A stretch of 61,287 nt of DNA, taken from positions 1 through 61,287 of the forward strand of contig CAZIBS010000002.1 of the NCBI GenBank assembly GCA_964537405.1, written 5' to 3'. Source of the stretch: an uncultured Thermoanaerobaculia bacterium. Lineage in GTDB: Bacteria > Acidobacteriota > UBA4820 > DSQY01. The position numbers were made by a program, and so were the translations under genes. The notes under the pieces are model-generated. The model saw nothing but the letters and a program-made list of their open reading frames with translations. It was not told the DNA's origin and did not search any database. Each line of letters begins with the position of its first letter. The first letter of the stretch is position 1. This document shows, piece by piece, positions 19,001 to 26,664 of this stretch.

Positions 19001-19120
19001 AAGCACTTCCACTGGTATACGGAACAGGGCGTACACTCCGAAGGCCAGAAGTGCCCCATACACAAGAAACAATAATACGGGTCTCTGGAAAGTCTCCGCC
19101 AGATAACGTTTCGAATTCAT
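16049..19120 (-). CDS. RND efflux transporter, inner-membrane permease (AcrB/CzcA superfamily)
   Basis: 1023 aa with 12-TM, two-large-loop architecture and a typical N-terminus (...ALFRIPVEVLPRFDYPQISIIVHYPGA). It is the last gene of an OMF-MFP-RND operon. Confidence 0.95.
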   Translation of the reverse strand: MNSKRYLAETFQRPVLLFLVYGALLAFGVYALFRIPVEVLPRFDYPQISIIVHYPGATAEDIENLVARPLEGRLLTLPKLSSLRSVMGQNTLEIDARFRDGSNAQMDLQAVYGAIDRAQRSLPPTVRPRAEIMGAAINEVADYAVEIPTGVKPMVVERAVATRIAPAIRTLPGVQRVEVFGSGNESLWVQPDLSALRHYGVSLDVLEACLRKQVLLGPSGYLRLGYQDVPIQARNLPVRIGALSSIMIPASAGPVPLSALAKITYTARPIRYREELDGRQTVAMLVFKHAGASTLPVTRAVSKTLRSLKNELPVGTRWVRFYNQGHLVSLVEHDLGRNLLIGGLLAVLLLFWMLGMHRGVWILVASIPMALLMGIAGLYVAGQSLNLLTLGALSVVVGLLADDGIIVLESIYHRWELGFEGREGIRLGLLDITAPDVTGTLTTVSVFLPLLFVGGLVGLFFIPFALAMGLSLLASLVISLTFIPFLLGFLGARRQQGPPPGAFFVTWLQHLNERLLHFTLKYPRWSLSAAAALLFLSVGILGFVPFDFLPLPNEGVLLDSFALPPGTALSETRLAVERMTAKFRADHDVAHTLARIGSPEGTSYTEPNFAGEIQVRLKPHVRARSLGRIAARLVRESRMNGVQQSIDTPTIERLGESLSGLPQPFVVTLFGNRISTLRRLSGEVTARLRRVHELTDLFNNDAYPITQLRIRPDPAALAIYGMTPASLYAQVRPALGGVVVARVPQGTYHLDIYLRLAKAPDMGIAGMRRLLIRTRKGWTPLGELADLRLVSGPNEIRHIDGARALQILATPTGPLGGTITAARSALKGLKLPPGYRVAFGGLISKLEDAAMGLGLGALGALALIIGILLLQFDGLLLPGILLLEMPLAFTGGALALEISGVGLNATGLVGLLTLIGISLNHDVVLLHRARRNEARGLDPEAAIREAVAVRFRPILLTTLAAVLGMLPTALGWGLGAEPEQGLALVILGGVIWSSLLSTNLIPALYLHWSRSGKPPRAPEPDRG

Positions 19121-19129
19121 TCACGGCCC

Positions 19130-20245
19130 TCAGTCGGGAGGTGTATAGAATTGAGCCACGTTCTTGTGGAAGATGAGATAGGCGTCCCTGACCACTACGA
19201 TCTGACCCGGCCGCAACCCCTTTCGGATGACCGTCCAGCCTGCGGACCGTGGACCCGGCACGACCTCCCGGCGCGTGTCCCCCTTTGTCTCGTGGAGAAC
19301 GACATACCACTTGCCACCCTTCAGGATGAGGGCGGTCGATGGAACCATCAGGCGGGAGACGGATGGGCCCTCAAGGCGCAAGGTCCCCGCCTCTCCGTTA
19401 AGCCAGCTTGCGGGCGCAACGGGCGCGCAGCCCACTCCGCGTCCTCCGTCCGGGCGAATTGGAGGGATCACGCCACGCACCCGAACCGCTATGGGAGGCC
19501 TTCCCCGGCCGGGAATGAAGGTCCCTTTCATGCCGGGCCGCAGGCGCCGGGCCGCCGGGCCGTAGTAAACACCGTAAAGCCACAGGCGCCGTGGATTCTG
19601 CATCCTCAACAGGGCCGTGCCCGCAACCACCTTTTGTTCGCTCACGGCAAAGACGGCGGTCACCACCCCGGCAACCGGCGCCCTGATAACACCGTTCTTT
19701 ACAATAAAAGCCCAGCGTGCGCGCACCGCCTTCAGTTGCTCCCGTGCCTTTGCCACCGCGGCCATCGCGGCTCGGAGCTGCCTGCGATCACTGATCGCCG
19801 GGTATGTCCGGCGAACGGCGCATTCCTCTTCTCCGGCAAGCTTGAAGGCTACGCGTACCTCGGCCAGGGCCGAACGGGCCGCCGCAACTTCCTTCTGATG
19901 CTCAACCCCGGCCAGCCGGCCGAGGACCTGCCCGCGCACGACCCTCATCCCTGGAAAGACATTGAATTCCTTGAGGGTTCCGTCCAATAACGTGGAAACC
20001 CTCAACGGCGCTATAGGCCTGACTTCGGCGTAGGTCGAGTAGTGAGGCGCGAGAGATCTGACCACGGCCGCGACGCCCTGAGCCGATTTCAAGCGGTTTT
20101 CAGGAGGGCCGGAACTTTCTCCCCTCCCGCCGCAGGAAGCTAAGGACGCCAAGACTAACGTGGCCATCGTGGCCATCGTGGCCATGAAGAAACTGAAGCT
20201 TCCAAGCCAAGGGACGTTACACTTTTTCAAGAGACCGGCCTTCAT
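19130..20245 (-). CDS. RND efflux membrane-fusion (periplasmic adaptor) lipoprotein
   Basis: HlyD/CzcB-like body. The ATG at 20245 overlaps the upstream TGA (ATGA). The signal peptide has a lipobox (LASLASC). Confidence 0.9.
   Translation of the reverse strand: MKAGLLKKCNVPWLGSFSFFMATMATMATLVLASLASCGGRGESSGPPENRLKSAQGVAAVVRSLAPHYSTYAEVRPIAPLRVSTLLDGTLKEFNVFPGMRVVRGQVLGRLAGVEHQKEVAAARSALAEVRVAFKLAGEEECAVRRTYPAISDRRQLRAAMAAVAKAREQLKAVRARWAFIVKNGVIRAPVAGVVTAVFAVSEQKVVAGTALLRMQNPRRLWLYGVYYGPAARRLRPGMKGTFIPGRGRPPIAVRVRGVIPPIRPDGGRGVGCAPVAPASWLNGEAGTLRLEGPSVSRLMVPSTALILKGGKWYVVLHETKGDTRREVVPGPRSAGWTVIRKGLRPGQIVVVRDAYLIFHKNVAQFYTPPD
20159..20185 (-). repeat. perfect 9-nt x3 tandem repeat (ATGGCCACG)3 encoding MATMATMAT
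   Basis: Read directly. It lies inside the signal-peptide region of the adaptor gene. Confidence 0.9.
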
Positions 20246-21696
20246 GGGCGAACCTCCTTCATTCCGGTTTGGGCGCTCTTTTTCCACTTTTCCGGCGCCG
20301 CAAAGTAGCGACCGGAGGCAAGTTCGAGGGCGGTTTCAAGTTCCGCCGACTTCGAGCGGAGTTGGTAGACGGCGATCTCCTGCGACCACACGTCATTCTC
20401 CACCCGCGTCAACTTGAGTAGGCTTACGTCCCCGTCGTCGAAGGCCGCCCGGTAGGCCTTTGCAATTCGCGAGAGTCCGGGGAGGAGCCCTTCGGCCACC
20501 GCGAGGCGGCGCCTTGAAATCTTCATGGTCGCCAGCAACCGCGAAACTTCGGCGCGCGCGCAAAAAAGCCTCGCACAGTACTCGTCGTACAGCTTCCTTC
20601 GCGTAGCCCTCTCCCCGGCGATCCGGCCCTGGTTGCGGTCGAAAACCGGTAGACCGATCGACACGGAGTAGCCGTTCGTAACGACGTTGTCGGTGTCTCT
20701 AAGGTGTGTAAGGCCAATAACTATGGCGGGAAACTGGGCACGTATTGCGGCCCGCAACCGTGCGTTCTGGCTGGCGTAGCCTTCCCTGAGCGCCAGGAGG
20801 TCCAGCCGCCGTTCCGGGAGACCGTTCACCAGATCCTTCTCGGGCGGGAGTTTCTTCAAGGCCGGGAGGCCCCGGTTCTCCTGAAGTCGCACCTTTTCGC
20901 CCGGAGACAATCCGAGCAGTCGGTTCAACCCGTGGCGTTCCACATCATTGAGACGAAGAAGAGAGAGATACGCTTGGCGGGAACGTTCCCAGGCTACGCT
21001 CGCCGCCTCGACGCGCTCCCTGGAGAGCGCACCATGGCCCGCCGCATCCCGGACCGCGGTAAGCATTCTCAGGAAGAGCGCTTCTCTCTGCCTCGCCGGG
21101 AGCAGTTCCTTTTTAAGCAAGAGTATGAGGCGAACCTGGAGCTTGGCCGCTTCGGCTACTCGCCATTCTCGCCAGGCTATGGTCAGGCTGATCGATCGAG
21201 CCGCGGCTTGGGCGCCTTTCCTGCGCTGGCTCCTCGTAAACAGGGCTGATACCATCCATTCCAGGCCCATACCGTAGCCGACAACTTTGTTCCGGTAGTT
21301 GCCGCTCGTGGTGGGAGTATCACGGTTGTAGGAGAATACCGGGTTGGGCAGGACTCCGGCTTCGAGCAGTTGGGCCCGGGCAATCCCCCTCGCGTCCCTG
21401 AGAGCCCGAAGCCCCGGGTTTGCCAGAACGGCCATGACGGCCGCCTCGCCGGGCGAGAGTCCATCATCAATATCGAAGTCTATCGGCTTGAGGAGCGGGT
21501 GGCGGATCTTTGCGGCCTCCACCTTTATCGTCGCCATTGAGGGCGGCGACAGAGCCTTTCTTTCCGCCTCTCTGTCGAGGGGCAGAGGATGGTAGGTTGC
21601 ACAACCTACAAGCCATAATACGCACCCGGACGCCAAGAGCACCCGCCCTATGAGGTCCATCTGTTTTTTCCTCCGAGCCATGCCCCAAAAACTCAC
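20242..21696 (-). CDS. TolC/CzcC-family outer-membrane efflux protein
   Basis: 484 aa with a lipoprotein-like N-terminus (LLASGCVLWLVGC) and two OEP-type repeats. It is first in the operon, the czcCBA order. The GTG start is preceded by GGGAGA. Confidence 0.9.
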   Translation of the reverse strand: MSFWGMARRKKQMDLIGRVLLASGCVLWLVGCATYHPLPLDREAERKALSPPSMATIKVEAAKIRHPLLKPIDFDIDDGLSPGEAAVMAVLANPGLRALRDARGIARAQLLEAGVLPNPVFSYNRDTPTTSGNYRNKVVGYGMGLEWMVSALFTRSQRRKGAQAAARSISLTIAWREWRVAEAAKLQVRLILLLKKELLPARQREALFLRMLTAVRDAAGHGALSRERVEAASVAWERSRQAYLSLLRLNDVERHGLNRLLGLSPGEKVRLQENRGLPALKKLPPEKDLVNGLPERRLDLLALREGYASQNARLRAAIRAQFPAIVIGLTHLRDTDNVVTNGYSVSIGLPVFDRNQGRIAGERATRRKLYDEYCARLFCARAEVSRLLATMKISRRRLAVAEGLLPGLSRIAKAYRAAFDDGDVSLLKLTRVENDVWSQEIAVYQLRSKSAELETALELASGRYFAAPEKWKKSAQTGMKEVRP

Positions 21697-21822
21697 TTCA
21701 TCTCCCGAAACACGGTAGAAAGGCGCTTGGGCTCCTGTCTATCGCCGGTCATGGATAATTTCCGAACCGGGAACCCCGCTTCTCTCTCCGGATAGACATA
21801 GGATCCAAGTCCCATGCGAAAA

Positions 21823-21838
21823 TATAATGATAGTGCCA
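21823..21838 (-). promoter_or_regulatory. weak sigma-54 promoter candidate for the RND operon
   Basis: The reverse strand reads TGGCACTATCATTATA. The -24 TGGCAC is perfect, but -12 is TTAT instead of TTGC. It lies about 125 nt upstream of the OMF start. An inverted repeat TTTCC-GAACCG-GGAAC follows at 21759-21774. Confidence 0.25.
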
Positions 21839-22211
21839 TGATGAAGTGAAGCTGATTTTTGCTTCCAGGGGAAAAGGGTAGAGTAGAGAGCCGGAGCGGT
21901 TTTTTAGGGTCGGGCCTAACGGTTGCCGCCCCTTTCGTCCGGCAGTGCCTCACCAACCTCTCCATGTTTGGCTCTAACCCTCCCTCATCAAACCGTGCGT
22001 GCGGTTTTCCCGCACAAGGCTTTCCGATGCCCTTCACCGCAAGGTATGCATATTCGCCAATCCCGCCGTCGTCGACACATTGTAAAGCCCGCACCTGTTG
22101 CATAAGTCCCCGCTTGGAAATCGTTTGTATCCTGCGCCTCCGGTTCTTATCTTGTGTCTCTTACGAAAGTGGGTCCGAACACGCTATTACACATATCCTT
22201 ACAATGGCCCT

Positions 22212-23576
22212 TCACAGGTCGAACTTCTTGAGACGGTAGCGGAGGGTGTCGCGTGTAAGGCCGAGGAGTTTGGCGCTGCGCGTCTGGTTCCCCCCGGTTC
22301 GGCTGAGAGCTTGCTCGATCAGGCTGCGTTCCATCTCTTCGAGTATGACGCCTCCCGGTGGAAGAACGAACACGTGTTCCGCCGACCGGTAGGGATTCTG
22401 GACGAGGATGTCCATGGGAAGGTCGGTTCTGTCGATGAGTTCCTTGTCTTCGAGAATCATTACCTTTTCTATGAGATTCTTTAGCTCACGGATGTTGCCT
22501 GGCCATGGATGCTCGATTAGTACCCGCATCGCGGCGTTGGTTACGCCGCGCGTATTCTTCTTGAACGCCCTGTCAAAGTTACCGATGAAGTACTTCACCA
22601 GAAGCGGGATGTCCTCCGGACGTTCCCTGAGGGGGGGAATCGTAATGGGGATCACCTTCAGTCTGTAGTATAGGTCCTTACGAAAAACGCCCGAAGCGAC
22701 GGCCTGCCTGAGGTCGGCGCTGGAAGCGGCGATGACCCGCACGTCAATGTGTATGTCGCGGGTGCCGCCCGCCCTCTTAAACCTCCGGTCTTCCAGGAAC
22801 CTGAGCAGTTTGAACTGGATGCTCGCACCAATCCGGCCTATTTCGTCCAGGAAGGCCGTTCCCCCGTCGGCGAGTTCGAATAGGCCCTTCTTGGCCGTGG
22901 TCGCCCCTGGAAATACGCCCTTTTCGTATCCGAAGAGTTCATAATCAAGGTTCTCCTCGGACATGGCCGAACAGGCCACGCTCATGAATGGTTTTTTTGT
23001 ACGATCGCTGGCGAAGTGAATCGTGTTAGCCATAAGGTCTTTGCCCGTTCCGCTCTCGCCCTGCAACAGTATGGTTGTGGCTGAAGAAGCAGCTATCTTC
23101 TCAATGAGTTGGAAGATCTCCATCATGCGTGCGTTCTTGCCCACCAAGTTGCCGACGCCGAAGCGTCTTTCCTGGACTTTGCGATAGCGATTCAACTCCC
23201 GCTTGAGCGAGGTGTTTTCGAGGGCTTTCTTCACGCTGATGAGAAGTTCTTCAAATTCGAATGGTTTATTCAGGTAATCGAAAGCGCCGAGCTTCATGGC
23301 TTCGATAGCGCTTTCAACCGTACTGTAAGCGGTCATCATGATAACCGGAAGTGGCTCAAAGTGCGGAAGTATGTTCCTTAAAACCTTCAGCCCATCCATG
23401 TCCGGGAGGCGGTAGTCGAGTAGAACCAGATCCACGTCCTTTTCCTCCAGGGCCTTGAGGGCGTCTTCTCCCCGGTCGGTTTCAAGGGTTTCGTAACCGG
23501 CCTTTTTAAGATGATTAGCCAGAGACCACCGGATCAGCTTTTCGTCCTCGACCAGGAGAATAACTTCCTTTGCCAC
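22212..23576 (-). CDS. sigma-54-dependent response regulator (NtrC family: REC-AAA+-Fis HTH)
   Basis: REC (DLVLLDYRLPDMDG), Walker A (GESGTGKD) and a C-terminal HTH (QTRSAKLLGLTRDTLRYRLKKF) are present. The sigma-54 contact loop reads GVFPGA instead of GAFTGA. The GTG start overlaps the kinase stop. Confidence 0.95.
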   Translation of the reverse strand: MAKEVILLVEDEKLIRWSLANHLKKAGYETLETDRGEDALKALEEKDVDLVLLDYRLPDMDGLKVLRNILPHFEPLPVIMMTAYSTVESAIEAMKLGAFDYLNKPFEFEELLISVKKALENTSLKRELNRYRKVQERRFGVGNLVGKNARMMEIFQLIEKIAASSATTILLQGESGTGKDLMANTIHFASDRTKKPFMSVACSAMSEENLDYELFGYEKGVFPGATTAKKGLFELADGGTAFLDEIGRIGASIQFKLLRFLEDRRFKRAGGTRDIHIDVRVIAASSADLRQAVASGVFRKDLYYRLKVIPITIPPLRERPEDIPLLVKYFIGNFDRAFKKNTRGVTNAAMRVLIEHPWPGNIRELKNLIEKVMILEDKELIDRTDLPMDILVQNPYRSAEHVFVLPPGGVILEEMERSLIEQALSRTGGNQTRSAKLLGLTRDTLRYRLKKFDL

Positions 23577-25873
23577 TACGTCCTCCCATCTTCTTCAAAG
23601 CTGAGGTAGACCGTGAATGTCGTCCCGCCGGGCACCTTGGAAGAGACGTTGATCCGTCCCCCGTGCGCATTGATTATTCTGCGGACTATAGACAGTCCAA
23701 GGCCCGTACCGGTGTACTTTGTGCTGTAAAAGGCATTGAAAATATCCCGGAGGTTTTCCTCGGGAATGCCGCAGCCGGTGTCCTTGATTTCCAGAGCCAG
23801 CTCTTCTCCGCAGAGGAAGCCGTCGATTGAGACCTTGCCCCCGGGAGGCGTAGCCTGTATTGCGTTGGTGACCAGGTTGATGATTACTTGCTGGAGGCGC
23901 TGGGGGTCCGCAAGGGCCGGCGGCAGTCCGGCAGGCAGGCGGTTCTCTATGGTCACGCCCGCTTCGCTCGCCTGCTGTTCTACGAATGGAAGACACGCTT
24001 CGGCCACCAGCCCCAGTGGAACGGCTTCAATCTTGGCGCTGTAAGGCTTCGCAAAGGAGAGAAGATCCTTGACGAGGACGTCCAGCCTTCTGATCTGCGC
24101 GAGCCCCTCCTGGAAGATGGCAAACCTGGGATCGTCGGCGTTGTGCTGGCCTTGCATTATTTCCATGGCGCCCCGGAGTCCGGCTATCGGATTCTTGATT
24201 TCGTGGGAGACGCGAGCCGCGATCCTTCCCAGTTCGGCCAGGTATTCCGCCTCGGCCAGCTCACGCTGAAGCGTCTTCATTTCGGTAACGTCCTTCAGTA
24301 CAACGGAGGCCCCGGCGTACCCGCCCGAAGCGTTTTTTATGGAAGTCCTCGTGCCGAGCAGGTCCTTGTAACCGTTGCGTCCCTTGGACAACCGGGCTTC
24401 AAAGCGATGAACGCCGCCGGGGGGGTCCTCCGATGAGGGTCTCTCCTGGATGGCGCTGTGGGGTAGAAACTCCTCCATGGAACGTCCCAGGGCGACAGGA
24501 GCGTCCACTCCGAAGAGAATGGAGGCGCCGCGGTTCCAGGAGGCTATCTTGTTCTCCGAATCGAGCGTTACCAGGCCGTCCATGGAAGCCTGAAGGATTG
24601 AGAGAAGGTACTGGTTCTTGTCCTCCACCTCTCTTTTCAACGCTTCTTCCGTCCGCATATCCTGGCAGAAGCATATACTGCCAAGCAACGCGCCTTGCTC
24701 GTCCTTGAGTAGCGAGAAGGAAGCCTTCAGGGGAACGTAGGCGCCGGACTTCTCCCTGAAGGTGATAGCGCAGCCCGAAACGACTTTGTTCACGAGGATG
24801 AGGCGCATGACGCGCAGGGCCTCGGTGGCGCCTCCTCCGTAGTAGTCGGAGATGCGTTTTCCAATAATTTCGTCTTCGGAGAAACCGAAAATCTTCTCGG
24901 CGGTCCTGTTGAAAAGAGTGACGCGGCCCTCCCTGTCCGTTGCTATGATGCCGCTGACTGATGAATTGAGGATGTTGCGTACAAACTCCTTAGTGCGTGC
25001 CAGAGAGCGTCGGGCCTTTTCAAAGTCCGTGGTGTCGATATATATCTCCATCACGTGTTGCCCTTCGAGGTTGCCTCCCGAAATAGGACGGGTCACCTTG
25101 AGGTACTCCCTGGAACCGGTGGGAGAATCAACAATAACCAGTTCCTGCACCGGGGTATCGCCATTGATTAAGGTCTTGACGGAACAGTGTCCACAAGCAT
25201 TGCTGTCGTAGGCAAGAGCCTCTTGGCAGCTTCTTCCCACGGCCAAATCCGGGCTGATTCTCAATAATTCACGGGGAATGTTTTTGTTGAGCCAAACCAC
25301 CTTCAGGGTTTCATCAAAGAGCACGATGCCAACGTCCATGGCCGAGAGTATCTGGTTTAACAGACCCCACTGTTCCCGTGCCCTGGCCGCACCGGCATTC
25401 GTCGCCCTAATCCTGTTTCTCGCCTCCGTCGCCATCTCTTCCGTAGCGCTTTGGTAGCAGTCCAGGAGTATGAACAGACCTTCACGGAAGGTGTCCCGAA
25501 GCAGTTCGAGATAGTCCCCTACGGAGGGAATGTTGGAATGTTCCAGCCGCTTCAGCAGGATGTCTTCCCCCAGAGCGACAGCGCGCGCCACGTCGGCGAG
25601 GAGAACCTTGTCTGAGATGCGCTTTCGTGCCAGGTCGCGGTAAAAGGCATACAGGAGATTCCGTAATCCCAAGTCCCAGTACTGCCTAAGCGCCTCCTGG
25701 TGCCGTTTGATGGGAAGACGTGTTTCCTCGGCATTCATACCGGCGTAGGCCTGAATATTGTCCCGGATGGCCTGAACCCACTCGTCCAGCCACTCCTCGC
25801 CAATACCGTCCAACCACTTCATAAATTGCCCGTGTCCGGACAGGCTGGTATGGTCGGAAGCGGCCTTCACCAT
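23576..25873 (-). CDS. multi-PAS sensor histidine kinase
   Basis: H-box SHEIKNPIAG, N-box NLVTNAIQA, G1 DTGCGI and G2 GTGLGLS are present. I chose the ATG at 25873 (MVKAASD...), which overlaps the hydratase stop (ATGGTGA). The track's 143-aa N-terminal extension overlaps the hydratase gene. Confidence 0.9.
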   Translation of the reverse strand: MVKAASDHTSLSGHGQFMKWLDGIGEEWLDEWVQAIRDNIQAYAGMNAEETRLPIKRHQEALRQYWDLGLRNLLYAFYRDLARKRISDKVLLADVARAVALGEDILLKRLEHSNIPSVGDYLELLRDTFREGLFILLDCYQSATEEMATEARNRIRATNAGAARAREQWGLLNQILSAMDVGIVLFDETLKVVWLNKNIPRELLRISPDLAVGRSCQEALAYDSNACGHCSVKTLINGDTPVQELVIVDSPTGSREYLKVTRPISGGNLEGQHVMEIYIDTTDFEKARRSLARTKEFVRNILNSSVSGIIATDREGRVTLFNRTAEKIFGFSEDEIIGKRISDYYGGGATEALRVMRLILVNKVVSGCAITFREKSGAYVPLKASFSLLKDEQGALLGSICFCQDMRTEEALKREVEDKNQYLLSILQASMDGLVTLDSENKIASWNRGASILFGVDAPVALGRSMEEFLPHSAIQERPSSEDPPGGVHRFEARLSKGRNGYKDLLGTRTSIKNASGGYAGASVVLKDVTEMKTLQRELAEAEYLAELGRIAARVSHEIKNPIAGLRGAMEIMQGQHNADDPRFAIFQEGLAQIRRLDVLVKDLLSFAKPYSAKIEAVPLGLVAEACLPFVEQQASEAGVTIENRLPAGLPPALADPQRLQQVIINLVTNAIQATPPGGKVSIDGFLCGEELALEIKDTGCGIPEENLRDIFNAFYSTKYTGTGLGLSIVRRIINAHGGRINVSSKVPGGTTFTVYLSFEEDGRT

Positions 25874-26643
25874 TCCGGCTTTCTCTTGGCAAAAAAGGCC
25901 GAAAGCCCCTCGCGCATCTCCGGGTTCCGGCGGGCAAGAACATTCAGCCTTGAAGCGAGCTTCAGCGCTCCCTCCAATGACATCCCCGAAGTATTCCAGA
26001 GGAGTTCCTTCGTAAGAGCAAGGGCGCCCGGCGCGTTGAATGCCACGCGTTCGGCGGTTCCTATCGCTTCGTAGAGCAGTTCCCCGGAAGGCACCACGCG
26101 CAAGACAAAACCGAGTCTTTTTGCCTCTTCTGCGTCCAGGGTCCTGCCCGTCAGGAGAAGCTCCCTGGCCAACCGTTCGCCGACCTGCCTCGCGAGAAAA
26201 ACAAGAGCCATGGCGGCTACGAAGCCGATACGCACCTCGGGGTAGCCGAAGGAAGCCTTTTCCGAGGCAACGATGATGTCCAGGAGCGACACCAGACCGC
26301 AACCTCCGGCCAGGGCGGGCCCGTTAACCGCTCCGACGAGGACCTTCGGATAGGTCGCGAGTTGCCGGTAAAGCTCTTTCAGGTTGTCGCAGTCCCGGTC
26401 GTTTTCCTCCGGCGTAGCCTCCCGCAAAGCCTTTAGGGTGGCAAGGTCCGCTCCCGAACAGAAGGCCTTCCCAGCGCCGGTGACCACAATGGTCCTGATC
26501 TCGTTGTCGTCCTTCAGGTCGCGAAGGGTCGATTTGAAGCTCTCTACCATCCCGGGATTGAGTGCGTTCCTGGCTTCAGGGCGGTTCAGCGTGAGAAGAG
26601 CAACGGATTCTCTCGGGTGGGAAACCACAACCGATTTGTTCAT
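25867..26643 (-). CDS. enoyl-CoA hydratase/isomerase (crotonase) family, possibly methylglutaconyl-CoA hydratase
   Basis: 258 aa with crotonase fold motifs (LNRPEARNAL, GAGKAFCSGADL, GPALAGGCGL). It follows an MCC-beta-like gene. Confidence 0.9.
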   Translation of the reverse strand: MNKSVVVSHPRESVALLTLNRPEARNALNPGMVESFKSTLRDLKDDNEIRTIVVTGAGKAFCSGADLATLKALREATPEENDRDCDNLKELYRQLATYPKVLVGAVNGPALAGGCGLVSLLDIIVASEKASFGYPEVRIGFVAAMALVFLARQVGERLARELLLTGRTLDAEEAKRLGFVLRVVPSGELLYEAIGTAERVAFNAPGALALTKELLWNTSGMSLEGALKLASRLNVLARRNPEMREGLSAFFAKRKPEW

Positions 26644-26664
26644 TATCTCTCCTCTCCGGCTGGC

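Noticed and set aside
21693-22103. 136-aa reverse-strand ORF between the response regulator and the RND operon
   Set aside because: There is no Shine-Dalgarno or family signal. The composition is odd, and part of it is the translation of a perfect DNA hairpin. I treat it as non-coding spacer.
25874-26302. N-terminal 143 aa of the 908-aa ORF (23576..26302, reverse strand) extending the histidine kinase
   Set aside because: This part overlaps the enoyl-CoA hydratase gene, which has clear family motifs. Its sequence is Arg/Gly/Pro-rich and not protein-like. An ATG at 25873 overlaps the hydratase stop (ATGGTGA) and gives a sensible kinase N-terminus.
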